This document shows, in pieces, positions 1-9,588 of a stretch of DNA of 56,298 nt (positions within the stretch are counted from its first letter, which is position 1; each line of letters opens with the position of its first letter). The stretch is from the NCBI GenBank assembly GCA_902784805.1, contig CACZWD010000014.1, positions 1-56,298 of the forward strand, given 5' to 3'. The DNA comes from an uncultured Ruminococcus sp. Its GTDB lineage: Bacteria > Bacillota > Clostridia > RUG12999. The position numbers were made by a program, and so were the translations under genes. The notes beneath the pieces are model-generated. The model did not search any database. It saw only the letters and a program-made list of their open reading frames with translations, and was not told where the DNA came from.

Positions 1-1133
1 GACGCTTTATCGACAAGCATCATCTTGCAAAAATTCGCTCCGGCGAGAGTAAGCCCGCAAAGCATGGCGACTCTTATTTCTTTCCATAAAATTTTTAAAA
101 TATCTTTCATTTCAATTTCATTTATAGAAAGACCACGAATCACAGTAACGGACGATTGTCCGCCGGCGTTTCCGCCCGTATCCATAAGCATAGGGATAAA
201 AGCGGTAAGCGCAACGCACGCCTGAAGCGCGTTTTCAAAACCGGTAATAATTTTCCCGGTAAATGTTGCCGAAATCATAAGGAGCAGCAGCCATGGTATG
301 CGCTTCTTAAACAAATCAACCGTTGAGGTTTTAAGATAAGGTTTGTCAGACGGCACAATAGCTGCCATCTTTTCAATATCCTCCGTTGTTTCGTCCTGAA
401 TGACATCAATAGCGTCATCGACAGTTACAATGCCGACAAGCCTGCCTTCGTTATCCACAACAGGAATAGCTAAAAAACCGTATTTATTAATTTTGTTCGC
501 AACATCTTCTTTGTCATCATGGGTATGAGAAAATATAATGTTTGTTTCCATTATATCCTCAATAACAGCGTCATTTGGCGAAAGAAGCAAGGTTTTAACA
601 GATACAAGCCCTATAAGCTGCCTGTTTTTTTCTGTTACATAGCAGGTGTAAATGGTTTCCTTATCAACACCCGTTCTTCGTATGCGCTCAATTGCTTCGC
701 CGACCGTCATATTTTTTTTGAGGTCAACATACTCAATTGTCATAATGCTTCCGGCGCTGTCTTTGGGATAGTTTAAAAGCTCATTGATTTTTTTACGTGT
801 TTCAGGGTCGCTGTGCATAAGAATACGCTTTACGACGTTTGCCGGCATTTCCTCGATAATATCTATTGTATCGTCAAGAAAAAGCTCGTCAAGAACCGCT
901 TCAAGCTCTCTATCATTAAATGCCCTGATAAGCACCTCTTGGCTTACGCTGTCCATTTCGACAAAAGTATCGGCCGCGTTCTCCTTCGAGAGAATACGAA
1001 AAAGAAGCAAAAGCTTCTCAGGCGGAACCTCATCCATAAGCGCGGCTATATCGACAGGCTCCAAAGAATTCAGTAAAATTTTAAGCTGCTGGTATTTTTT
1101 TTCTTCAAGCAGCTCCATAATCTGTTCAAGCAC
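1..1133 (-). CDS. mgtE: Magnesium transporter MgtE (C-terminal end cut by window edge)
   Basis: Absent from the ORF track because it runs off the left edge and uses a GTG start. My translation of the minus strand from GTG 1133-1131 (AAGGAGG at 1148-1142) reads VLEQIMELLEEKKYQQLK..., then a CBS-pair region, then MLMDTGGNAGGQSSVTVIRGL (about 150-190), which is the MgtE pore signature. Confidence 0.9.
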   Translation of the reverse strand, partial: MLEQIMELLEEKKYQQLKILLNSLEPVDIAALMDEVPPEKLLLLFRILSKENAADTFVEMDSVSQEVLIRAFNDRELEAVLDELFLDDTIDIIEEMPANVVKRILMHSDPETRKKINELLNYPKDSAGSIMTIEYVDLKKNMTVGEAIERIRRTGVDKETIYTCYVTEKNRQLIGLVSVKTLLLSPNDAVIEDIMETNIIFSHTHDDKEDVANKINKYGFLAIPVVDNEGRLVGIVTVDDAIDVIQDETTEDIEKMAAIVPSDKPYLKTSTVDLFKKRIPWLLLLMISATFTGKIITGFENALQACVALTAFIPMLMDTGGNAGGQSSVTVIRGLSINEIEMKDILKILWKEIRVAMLCGLTLAGANFCKMMLVDKA

Positions 1134-1300
1134 TTTTTATTCCTCCTTAAAAAAATTAAGTAGGAAGTACACAAAAACATATATTCAAACGGCGATGAAC
1201 GGACAAAAGTCCGTAAATAACGGCTCGCCCGCCTGGTTTTATGCCGCTGCTACTTCCTGCGTCCATTCATCTCACCTCTCTAAAATTTTTTTAATGCTTA
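1134..1300 (-). promoter_or_regulatory. Structured 5' leader of mgtE (class unassigned; not a clear M-box)
   Basis: About 165 nt lie between the promoter and the start codon. Nested helices: 1251-1258 pairs with 1162-1169 (AGGAAGTA/TACTTCCT), 1225-1229 with 1191-1195 (GGCGA/TCGCC), and there is a hairpin ACGGAC-TTTT-GTCCGT at 1199-1214. A U7 run (1155-1149) abuts the SD. Confidence 0.35.
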
Positions 1301-1307
1301 TAATTAT

Positions 1308-1336
1308 ATTTTATCATAAATTAAAAATTATGTCAA
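1308..1336 (-). promoter_or_regulatory. Sigma-A type promoter for the mgtE leader
   Basis: Minus strand reads TTGACA (1336-1331), a 17-nt spacer, then TAAAAT (1313-1308), with TGA directly upstream of the -10 (extended -10). Confidence 0.6.
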
Positions 1337-1424
1337 TAAAAAAAGAAATATTTAATCGCTTTTTAAAAAGTTTTTATCTCTTTAACAACACAGATTATCC
1401 GATAAGCTCACATAAGCTTATTTC

Positions 1425-2561
1425 CTATTTTTTCGATTTGCCTTTCAAAAAGCGAAACGCCTTTCCGAAACGGCTGTTTAACCCCCCGTATATTCTGAAC
1501 GGTTTCTCATGCTTAAACGCAAATTCAAGCGCGTAAAATTTTTTCTTTTTTGCATACGCAATAGGCAGACGCCAGCCCCACCAATCACAGCCGTTTAAAT
1601 CAAAATCATCTACCGCGCTTTTAAACGGCTCGGTGTTTATAAAGCTTATAAATTCGGCTTTTCTCTTTTTTCGCGAATTGGGATTATCCTTATGGAAAAA
1701 GTTGAGCCTCATAGCGTCCAGCACAAATGTCATAACTCTGTTGTTTTTATAGATTTTCTTTATTTCGTCATCATCATTATATAAAACCTCAATACATTTA
1801 TAATGATGCTTCAAAAGCGACATTATCATTTTTGTAAAGTCAGCGCTGTATCTTTGCGTTATTCCCTGCATATCCTTACGGTAGTAATACATTTTGTAAG
1901 GCAAATAAGCTATTTTTTCGGCACAAAAATACGCATATGTATTAAAAACGCTGTCCTGCGCCTTTTTCTGTCCCACAGGAAACTTTAAATCATTTTCAAT
2001 CAAAAACTCCCGTCTGTAAAGAGCCCCCCAAGCGGCGTGATAATATGCGTCCGACGTCATACCGTATTTTTCCGGTCTGAAAGGCTTAAGGCAAAGGCAC
2101 GACAAGCTTATTTCTCTGCCTGCCTCTTTCGGAAGCGGTGTAAGCTCCGTAACCCTGCATGGCTGTTCCCCGCCCTTTTCTCCGGAAAAAATCTCTCTGT
2201 TGTGAATAATTATATCATAATCCGTATCACAAAATGACAGCGCTGTCGCGATGGAATGTTCGGAAAGAATATCGTCTCCGTCGGCAAAAAATATCCATTT
2301 TCCTTTTGCTTCTTCTATTGTGCGGTTCCTCACTACACTGAGCCCGCCGTTTTTACTCATATTTATATATCTTATACGGCTGTCGGCTTCCGCGTATTCA
2401 TTACATATCTCACCCGAATTATCGGTTGAGCAGTCATTAATAAGCAAAAGCTCCGTTTCATCGGTAAGCTGCTTTTTAATATTTTTTATACATTCTCTCA
2501 AAAAATTTTCACGTACATTATAAACCGCTACGCCTATGCTGAGTTTAACCGGCACTTTCAA
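1425..2561 (-). CDS. Family-2 (GT-A) glycosyltransferase
   Basis: 378-aa ORF. LSIGVAVYNVRENFLRECIKNIKKQ...LLINDCSTDNSGEI...FFADGDDIL are GT2 motifs. TTG start with a GAAAGG RBS. Confidence 0.8.
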   Translation of the reverse strand: MKVPVKLSIGVAVYNVRENFLRECIKNIKKQLTDETELLLINDCSTDNSGEICNEYAEADSRIRYINMSKNGGLSVVRNRTIEEAKGKWIFFADGDDILSEHSIATALSFCDTDYDIIIHNREIFSGEKGGEQPCRVTELTPLPKEAGREISLSCLCLKPFRPEKYGMTSDAYYHAAWGALYRREFLIENDLKFPVGQKKAQDSVFNTYAYFCAEKIAYLPYKMYYYRKDMQGITQRYSADFTKMIMSLLKHHYKCIEVLYNDDDEIKKIYKNNRVMTFVLDAMRLNFFHKDNPNSRKKRKAEFISFINTEPFKSAVDDFDLNGCDWWGWRLPIAYAKKKKFYALEFAFKHEKPFRIYGGLNSRFGKAFRFLKGKSKK

Positions 2562-2584
2562 TCAAACCTTTCTTTTTCAGTATA

Positions 2585-3583
2585 TTACAATATATTTTTA
2601 AAAAACGGCATACGCCTTAAAACCCATGTTATACCAAACGACAATAAAAATACAACGACAAAGCAGCATGACAGCTTCAGATACGGCATATGGGAAAGCA
2701 AATCTATATTAAACAGCTTTATACCCACATTGAAGAAAATGGGATGAATGAGATATATTCCCCACGTTGAAGCGGCAATTTCATAAAGCAACTTGTTGCC
2801 TTTTATGTCAAGCTCGCTTATAACGACAAAAACAAACATTGCCGCAATACTCACAAGCGGATGCTTATTGTCAAACCTTCCTATTTTTGCATGCGTTACA
2901 ACCATTGTCACAAAAGAGATTATGCCGCATACAACTGTAAAATAATAAAACCATTTTTTTACTCCGCATTTACGTATCATTCCTCCGAAGCACACATAAA
3001 ACAAATATCCTCCAAGCGGAAAATCAACGCTGATATTAAGCGGCGACGCTTCGTTAATCTGAGGCAGAACAATTGTAAATACAAACAGCAGCGCTGTCAG
3101 TATGTATATGTTTCTCTCGCCGGTCTGCATAAAACTGTGTATAACCGGCATAACGAGATATATTCCAATTATCATGTAAACAAACCACATATGCGCCCAT
3201 AAATCACCGTTAATTACTCTTAAAAGAGAACGCCCCAAAACCGAAAGCGAAAATACCGGCATACCGTTTTTCATTGCTCCGTATGCTTCTTCAAGAAGCG
3301 CATAAAAAAGCCCTATTGTAAATAACACCGCTATATATTTTTTTACATGCTCAAAACAATACTTATATGTACATTCTTTTTTGTTGGATAAGCAATACCC
3401 CGTTATCATAAGAAATATCGGCACAACCCAGCCCAACAGAATTTCAAGCGCGTTGAGATTTATACGCAGCGACATGGGAAGCTCGCCGCTATAATTTACT
3501 ACCGGCGCGGTAATTGCATGCAGCATTACCACCGCAACCGCTCCCATTACTCTTAATAAATCAATACTGTGTTTTCTGTTCAT
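2585..3583 (-). CDS. Acyltransferase-3 family membrane O-acyltransferase
   Basis: 332-aa polytopic membrane ORF. The N-terminal HSIDLLRVMGAVAVVMLHA motif is typical of OatA/WecH-like acyltransferases. AAAGGAG RBS. Confidence 0.75.
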   Translation of the reverse strand: MNRKHSIDLLRVMGAVAVVMLHAITAPVVNYSGELPMSLRINLNALEILLGWVVPIFLMITGYCLSNKKECTYKYCFEHVKKYIAVLFTIGLFYALLEEAYGAMKNGMPVFSLSVLGRSLLRVINGDLWAHMWFVYMIIGIYLVMPVIHSFMQTGERNIYILTALLFVFTIVLPQINEASPLNISVDFPLGGYLFYVCFGGMIRKCGVKKWFYYFTVVCGIISFVTMVVTHAKIGRFDNKHPLVSIAAMFVFVVISELDIKGNKLLYEIAASTWGIYLIHPIFFNVGIKLFNIDLLSHMPYLKLSCCFVVVFLLSFGITWVLRRMPFFKNIL

Positions 3584-3595
3584 AAAAAGACTCCT

Positions 3596-4789
3596 TTAGC
3601 TCAAAATCAATTTTAATATTTCTCCGTATGTTCTTTCACAATGGTTATCGGAAAAATCGTCAAAATTATTATTTCTTCTTTCGGCATACTTTTCTTCCAC
3701 CGTCATACCGTTTTTAATTTCATGCTCAATAAAATCTATTATCCCGTCCTTTTCAGAGCATACCGGTCCGAAGCCGTCGTCATCGAAGCTGAAATAACCT
3801 CTGTCATATTGCTCGCTGAAGAAAAGCTCCCTGTCAAACATAAAATAGCAAAGCGGTTTTTTCATATATGCAAAATCGAAAAATATGCTTGAATAATCCG
3901 TTACAAGCATTGCGGATTCCATTAAAAGCTCCTGAACATCCGCGTCTTTTATACCCTTTATCTTTATTCTGTCACTTTTTCCGCGAAACAAATAAGTAAA
4001 CTTTTGAAGCTCATAGTGCAAATATAAAACAAGCTCGTAATCGTTTTCTTCAAGAAGCTTTAACAGCCTTTCATCGGTTATAAGCCCGCTGAAGCTTTTA
4101 TAATACTCGCTTTCTTTAAAGCCTGCTTCATCCAGAGTGCGCAGATAATATCTCCACGTCGGCATAACAAGTATCTGCCGTTTTACCGTATGCGCTTTTA
4201 AAAGCGCGTCATATCTGCACAGTCCTACACGCCGCAGCACACTTTCCGGATAATGGAAGTCCTTCACTATGGATTCGTATTCATTAACTGTACTGCATAT
4301 AAACAAATCAAGACGCACCTTGTCATAGTGCAGTTCGCGTATATCGTCTTTTATTATGCCGTGCTGTAAAAAAATCTTTTTCCCTTTTACAATATTAAAC
4401 TTTCTGTCTAAAATCGCAAACCTGTAAGAGTCGGGCGCATATCCCATAATATGAGTGCTGATTTTTGCCTTTGCACACACAAACGCAAGATAATGCTTAA
4501 AGCTTCCCGGCTGAATGGTCTTACCGAGTACGGCAATTTTATTATAATCGGGCGCCGCTTTATCTATAACGTAAACACAGTTGATTTCCTTATGATTTAA
4601 ACAAAGATACTTAAAAAAATGATATCCGTTATCACGCGCATCGGCGCCGCGTTCCGCAACAAGCCACAAATCCTTATAAAAAGCCCTGTTATTTACAAAC
4701 ACAGAAATAACCGCTGCAAAAAAATACAGAAAAATGCATTTCAAATACCCTAAAATATTCAGAAATTTATTTTTAAGCTTGCTTAACAC
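3596..4789 (-). CDS. CDP-glycerol glycerophosphotransferase (TagB/TagF family)
   Basis: 397-aa ORF with an N-terminal anchor helix, then TagF-family blocks (LQHGIIKDD, LVMPTWR, MLVTDYSSIFFDFAYMKKPLCYF). GTG start. Confidence 0.8.
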   Translation of the reverse strand: MLSKLKNKFLNILGYLKCIFLYFFAAVISVFVNNRAFYKDLWLVAERGADARDNGYHFFKYLCLNHKEINCVYVIDKAAPDYNKIAVLGKTIQPGSFKHYLAFVCAKAKISTHIMGYAPDSYRFAILDRKFNIVKGKKIFLQHGIIKDDIRELHYDKVRLDLFICSTVNEYESIVKDFHYPESVLRRVGLCRYDALLKAHTVKRQILVMPTWRYYLRTLDEAGFKESEYYKSFSGLITDERLLKLLEENDYELVLYLHYELQKFTYLFRGKSDRIKIKGIKDADVQELLMESAMLVTDYSSIFFDFAYMKKPLCYFMFDRELFFSEQYDRGYFSFDDDGFGPVCSEKDGIIDFIEHEIKNGMTVEEKYAERRNNNFDDFSDNHCERTYGEILKLILS

Positions 4790-4813
4790 TTCAGTAAAAC
4801 TCCTTCCGCGTAT

Positions 4814-5683
4814 TTATTCAACCATAATCATCTCGCATTTATTTTCTTTATTGAGCCATAATTTCAAATACGGTCTTTCTTCTGCCATTGCCTTTTCTAT
4901 CATCTCATCAAGACCGATAATATGATAAGTTTTTCCCCCGTTTTTCTCTTCTGCCGCAACAAAAACAGCTGTATCCGAAATAAAGTATGTACGCGGTATA
5001 TTTTCTATTTTTCCGCCGTCTTTACCTGTCGCCGTTTCCTTTTTAACAGCCACCTCGCCCTTACTCATCCCTTTGCATTTTGCATATACATCATAGCTGT
5101 CAAGCCTTCTGCCCGCTATCATACCGTTTATTTCCACCGCATTATCCGGCAAAAGATGCGGCGCATACCTCCATATGCACACCATTCCGCCAAACACAGT
5201 AAAAAGAACAACAGAAAGCGATAAAACATACGAAACCGTATTTTTCCGTTTGCCGCCCAAAATATAAAAATACACAAACGCTCCGATGGCAGCGCCCAGG
5301 GTATTCATTATAACATCGTCAATATCTGTATAACCTGCCGATAACAGATACTGCACGGTTTCAATAAATAACGATATTAAAAAGCCTGTCAGAATCACTT
5401 TTAAAAAATTCAATTTTTTAAAAATTACCGGCAAAAAAATCCCAAGCGGAAAAAATATCGCTATATTGCCCACATAATTGAGAACCACGGATTTTAACGT
5501 TTTGAACCCCGCTTTATATTCACGTAATGCACCAAGCGGCAAAAAATGAGATGTCTCCTCTTCAAGCCTTATACCGTCCCTTATAAAAACAAGCCTTACT
5601 AATATCGCGGCATAAAAAATCGCAATAAGCAAAAAAACCGCTCTGAAAATTTTTTCCGTTTTGTTTTTACTCAAAGGCTGCAC
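4814..5683 (-). CDS. VanZ-like membrane protein with soluble C-terminal extension
   Basis: 289-aa ORF. VanZ core (GNIAIFFPLGIFLP ... ETVQYLLSAGYTDIDDVIMNTLGAAIG) plus an extra domain of about 110 aa. An alternative TTG start at 5674 would form a TTGA overlap with the upstream stop. Confidence 0.7.
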   Translation of the reverse strand: MQPLSKNKTEKIFRAVFLLIAIFYAAILVRLVFIRDGIRLEEETSHFLPLGALREYKAGFKTLKSVVLNYVGNIAIFFPLGIFLPVIFKKLNFLKVILTGFLISLFIETVQYLLSAGYTDIDDVIMNTLGAAIGAFVYFYILGGKRKNTVSYVLSLSVVLFTVFGGMVCIWRYAPHLLPDNAVEINGMIAGRRLDSYDVYAKCKGMSKGEVAVKKETATGKDGGKIENIPRTYFISDTAVFVAAEEKNGGKTYHIIGLDEMIEKAMAEERPYLKLWLNKENKCEMIMVE

Positions 5684-6756
5684 TCCCCTTCGTCAAGAAA
5701 TTCATCTATTTTTGCGATATAAGCTTCTTCTTCACGAATAACTCTTAAAAGAAAATCCTCGCAGCTCTTTTCAAACTGTTCCTTATCAAAGCTCATTAAA
5801 TACTCATATATTTTATCGGTTATTTTTTTCTCGTCCTCCGGCAGACTTATTCCGAGACCGTATTTTTCTATAAGCTCCCCCGAAAAAGTATCCGAATTTC
5901 CGAACATTGGTTTTTTGCGAATCATTCCGTCGTAGAATTTGTTTGCCATGGCGGGATAATTAACAAAGCTGTAAGGATAATTGTAGCAAATCATATCAAA
6001 GGTATCGACAATATCCATTTTTTCCGTCTCTTTATATCCGCCGTACACCGTGACGTTATCGTATTTTTCCGCATAGTCTCTGAGCTGCTGCTCACAGTCT
6101 CCGCTCCCGTGAATATGAAACTCAAAGCGCTTATCGTTTCCGAAAGCGTCAATGAAATTTTTAAGATATTCATATTCCCTGAGATATCCTATATAACCTA
6201 TTATAAGCTTTTCCGCATTAACTCTTCCCGAGCAGTGTGTTTTGCGGCTGCCGTAATATCCCTTCTGAAAATTATGAGCAATAATAAGCTCCTTTTTATC
6301 GGTAAGGTATTTTTTAAAGCCGTATGATGAAATGCAGGTTGCGTAAGAATTCAAAATCACTCTGTTTACAAAGCGTTTGTATAAGGTAATATATTCATAT
6401 GACGTATCGCGGTAATCAAAAAAATATTTGTTCCTGTATTTCCTTCCGAGCAGAACATCAAAAATAACAAACGCCGTCTGCGTCGTAAGAACAATGAGCT
6501 TATCGTATTTCCGTTCCTTTATGATTTTTTTTGCAAAATTTCTGAATTTAAAGAAGGGCAGTATTTTTGAGGCAAGTCCGCTGTATCTTCCCGTAGGAAC
6601 GAAATAAGTATGATATTTGTCACTTTTCTCGCTGACTGCTCCGTACCTGTTCCATTCAACAACCTCATAAGGAATATTTTTCTTTTCCATAGCTTCGATA
6701 TATTTTTTTGTAAACGGTGAAAGTGCAACGGGAACCGCTATTATTATACCTACCAT
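5671..6756 (-). CDS. Putative GT-B fold capsule/EPS glycosyltransferase
   Basis: 361-aa soluble ORF. The C-terminal half (FEFHIHGSGDCEQQLRDYAEKYDNVTVYGGY) resembles GT4-like enzymes. The family call is tentative. Confidence 0.5.
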   Translation of the reverse strand: MVGIIIAVPVALSPFTKKYIEAMEKKNIPYEVVEWNRYGAVSEKSDKYHTYFVPTGRYSGLASKILPFFKFRNFAKKIIKERKYDKLIVLTTQTAFVIFDVLLGRKYRNKYFFDYRDTSYEYITLYKRFVNRVILNSYATCISSYGFKKYLTDKKELIIAHNFQKGYYGSRKTHCSGRVNAEKLIIGYIGYLREYEYLKNFIDAFGNDKRFEFHIHGSGDCEQQLRDYAEKYDNVTVYGGYKETEKMDIVDTFDMICYNYPYSFVNYPAMANKFYDGMIRKKPMFGNSDTFSGELIEKYGLGISLPEDEKKITDKIYEYLMSFDKEQFEKSCEDFLLRVIREEEAYIAKIDEFLDEGECSL

Positions 6757-6799
6757 ATATGACCATACCTTTCCGATTTTTAAAATTTTTCTTTAGAAA

Positions 6800-7957
6800 T
6801 CACAATAATATTTTTTCAAACTCTTTAAGAGCGCTTTCATTTGAAATTTTTATTTTCTTTGCTTTTTCGGAAATCATTTCCGAATTTTCAAGCAGCTTTT
6901 CCAAATCTTTTTCTATTGCTTCATCTGTATTTTCACACACGAAACCTACTCCCTGTGCCTCTATAAGCTCGCGCGCCGATGTCGTATCGGTTGTAAACAC
7001 AGGCAGACCGAAAAAAGCCGCTTCGCCATATACCATAGGTGCCGCTTCGTCATATGACGGTACAAGAAGCAAGTCAGATTTTTTAAAATAAGGGTATGGA
7101 TTATCAAGCATTTTTAAAAATTTTACCGAATCCTCAAGCCCATACCTTTCACACTCATAAAAAGCCTTTTCAAGAAGCGGTCCTCCGCCCGCTATCCTCC
7201 AGACAAATTTCATACCTTTTTCTTTAAGCTCCGCAAAAATAGGAAACATTCTGAAAATTCCTTTTTCTTCGCTTATTCTTGCCGCCGTAAATATATTTAC
7301 TACCCCTTCGGTATATTCGGCTTCGTATTCCGTGCTCCGCTTTTCCATATTGTCAAAATCATAGCAGTTATGTACAGAAAATGTTTTATACTTATACTCT
7401 CCGCAAACCTCGTCAAACACATTTTTACATGAATCCGAAACGCAAGCAATTCTGTCAAACTTTTCATAATATTTTTTATTATATCGGTTATTCCCAAAAT
7501 AATGTTTAAAATCACAATGTATAAAACTAATTTTCTTTTTCGCTTTTACCGAGTTAATAACAAACTCATTGCAGCCGCCGTAAAACATCTTGTAAGCAGA
7601 ATTTTGCATAAATGATATAGCGGCATCATATTCGGTTTTTAACCGCTGCATCCGCGAAAGAAAACCAAATGAAAAACCGATGCCAAATAATTTTGTAAGA
7701 ATAACCCACAAAGAGCGCCATAATGTAGTAAAAACCCCTTTGTTTTTTGCTTCTGTTTGGGACATACCCATAATTCTTGTAAATCTGTTGCCGCAAATAA
7801 TTTTCACATTATCCGGAATATCTTTTTTCAGCTCTCCTTCCGGATAAAAAACAAAAAGCGTTATTTCATGCTTTTTTTCTATTTCTTTAAGCAGATTCAC
7901 AAGAGATTTCTGAATCCCTCCTATATGTAAATTATTGCTCACAAACAATAATTTCAT
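6800..7957 (-). CDS. Family-4 (GT-B) glycosyltransferase
   Basis: 385-aa ORF. N-terminal LFVSNNLHIGGIQKSLVNL and C-terminal LVPSYDEAAPMVYGEAAFFGLPVFTTD (E-x7-E-like) motifs. AAAGGAG RBS. Confidence 0.8.
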   Translation of the reverse strand: MKLLFVSNNLHIGGIQKSLVNLLKEIEKKHEITLFVFYPEGELKKDIPDNVKIICGNRFTRIMGMSQTEAKNKGVFTTLWRSLWVILTKLFGIGFSFGFLSRMQRLKTEYDAAISFMQNSAYKMFYGGCNEFVINSVKAKKKISFIHCDFKHYFGNNRYNKKYYEKFDRIACVSDSCKNVFDEVCGEYKYKTFSVHNCYDFDNMEKRSTEYEAEYTEGVVNIFTAARISEEKGIFRMFPIFAELKEKGMKFVWRIAGGGPLLEKAFYECERYGLEDSVKFLKMLDNPYPYFKKSDLLLVPSYDEAAPMVYGEAAFFGLPVFTTDTTSARELIEAQGVGFVCENTDEAIEKDLEKLLENSEMISEKAKKIKISNESALKEFEKILL

Positions 7958-8001
7958 ATACTTACAACTCCTTTTAAAACAGCAATTTATTCAGTTTCCT
8001 A

Positions 8002-9522
8002 TCAAAATAACTTTTTTCTAATCATAGACATCATTTTTTCTCTGAAATAAACAAATTCGGGTTTTTCCCAAAATATAACACTGTTTACTCCAAACGCAAA
8101 CGAAACCGCGCATATACCTCTTACAACAAAGTTAAAATATGGGTTTTGTATACCTAATTTGCTTACAAGAAATCCCATAAAAAGACATTCCGCCGCGGTA
8201 AGAGCAAAATAAAAATAAGTTGAAAACAATATTCTGGCAAAATTTTTCTCTAAAATCTTTTTGTAAAATAAAATAATTTTCAGATTATATTGTATAACAT
8301 AAGTACATATTGTACCGATAAGTATGCCCGCAATGCCCATTATTTTTCCGAGTATAAAAGAAACAACAAGATTTATTGTAGAGCCCGCGATAGCGATATA
8401 CTTATCGGTTTTAAAAAGTCCGGAAGCCTGCACCATATTCCACACGGGAATTTTAACCGTGGCAAAATAAAACATGGTTATACATATATATACGACATAT
8501 CTTTCCAAAAGCAAATTTTTGCCGAATGCCAGAGTAATAAACGGGTCAATCAGGCAGGTAAGACAAATACAGCAAAACGCCGCCAAAAAAAACATAATAA
8601 AAACAAGCTTTTTCAGAACATCTTCTATACGCTCACTTGTTTCGGTAGCAATAAGGTTTCCTATACTGCCCGTCATCGCATAGGAAAACTGATTCATTAC
8701 GCTGTTAAGCGTATTTAAAATAATCGTGTAATTTGAGTAAAGCCCCGTAACAATAGTCCCTACAAGCGCCGATATAAGTATATTATCCGTTGAGTTCGTA
8801 ATTGTTGCGGACATTTTGCCGATAAAAATATTTTTAACATCTTTAAAAATAGACTGTCTGTACTCCTTTTGAAGCATGAGCTTATTGTTTCTAACATGCG
8901 GGTACAGCTCATCAACTTTACGCGCAATCATAACATTGTTCACGATAGCGGCAACAATAAGAAAAACAAGATAATACGAAAGCTCTTTTGTAATTTTAAG
9001 AATTATTATTCCGCCTATAATCGTTATAATTTTAAAAACAAGGTCAAATATTGAAATAATATACTGCTTCTGGTCTGCCGATAAAAGCGACCTTTTATAC
9101 GCAAAAAAGTATGACGTTACCGTTTGCATTAAAAACAAAAAGTATATCAGCCGCACGTATCCGTTTGTATACGAAACATCATGCACAATATATTTCATAA
9201 ACGGCATAAGAAGGAGACCGACAACAAGTATCGTAAACGCGATAATGCGGTAAACCGCCCGATAAAAATTCATAAGTCTTGTTATCGTTTCGTTGTCACC
9301 GTTTGCCAAAGGTTTATACATATGGAAAACAATTGCCGCGCTGACACCCATTTCCGCAAGTGACAACACCGCGACAACGTTTGTTAAAAGTCCGTTTAAG
9401 CCTACGCCTTCAATTCCTATGGTATCTATCATAACGCGCCTTGCAAAAAGACCTAACACACATATAATAAACTGCTGAAAAATTCCCCACATGGAGTTTC
9501 TTATTATAGCTTCCGCTCGCAT
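8002..9522 (-). CDS. wzx: Wzx-type oligosaccharide flippase (MOP superfamily)
   Basis: 506-aa ORF, highly hydrophobic with multiple TM helices, with a polysaccharide-biosynthesis-protein pattern and a location inside the EPS locus. Confidence 0.75.
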   Translation of the reverse strand: MRAEAIIRNSMWGIFQQFIICVLGLFARRVMIDTIGIEGVGLNGLLTNVVAVLSLAEMGVSAAIVFHMYKPLANGDNETITRLMNFYRAVYRIIAFTILVVGLLLMPFMKYIVHDVSYTNGYVRLIYFLFLMQTVTSYFFAYKRSLLSADQKQYIISIFDLVFKIITIIGGIIILKITKELSYYLVFLIVAAIVNNVMIARKVDELYPHVRNNKLMLQKEYRQSIFKDVKNIFIGKMSATITNSTDNILISALVGTIVTGLYSNYTIILNTLNSVMNQFSYAMTGSIGNLIATETSERIEDVLKKLVFIMFFLAAFCCICLTCLIDPFITLAFGKNLLLERYVVYICITMFYFATVKIPVWNMVQASGLFKTDKYIAIAGSTINLVVSFILGKIMGIAGILIGTICTYVIQYNLKIILFYKKILEKNFARILFSTYFYFALTAAECLFMGFLVSKLGIQNPYFNFVVRGICAVSFAFGVNSVIFWEKPEFVYFREKMMSMIRKKLF

Positions 9523-9588
9523 AAATGCTCCAATCTTAATTTTTTAAAAATATTTTTTAATTAAAACCCGCAAAGAACAAAAATACAT

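Noticed and set aside
1134-1300. Calling the mgtE leader an M-box riboswitch outright.
   Set aside because: Only the ends are vaguely similar. I could not find the conserved central M-box segments by eye, so I report it as an unassigned structured leader.
519-1536. Plus-strand ORFs in the track (519-776, 784-1536, 813-1076), including a 250-aa Ser/Ile/Phe-rich ORF.
   Set aside because: They lie antisense to, or overlap, the clearly homologous mgtE reading frame and its leader. They have low-complexity composition and no RBS, so they are shadow ORFs.
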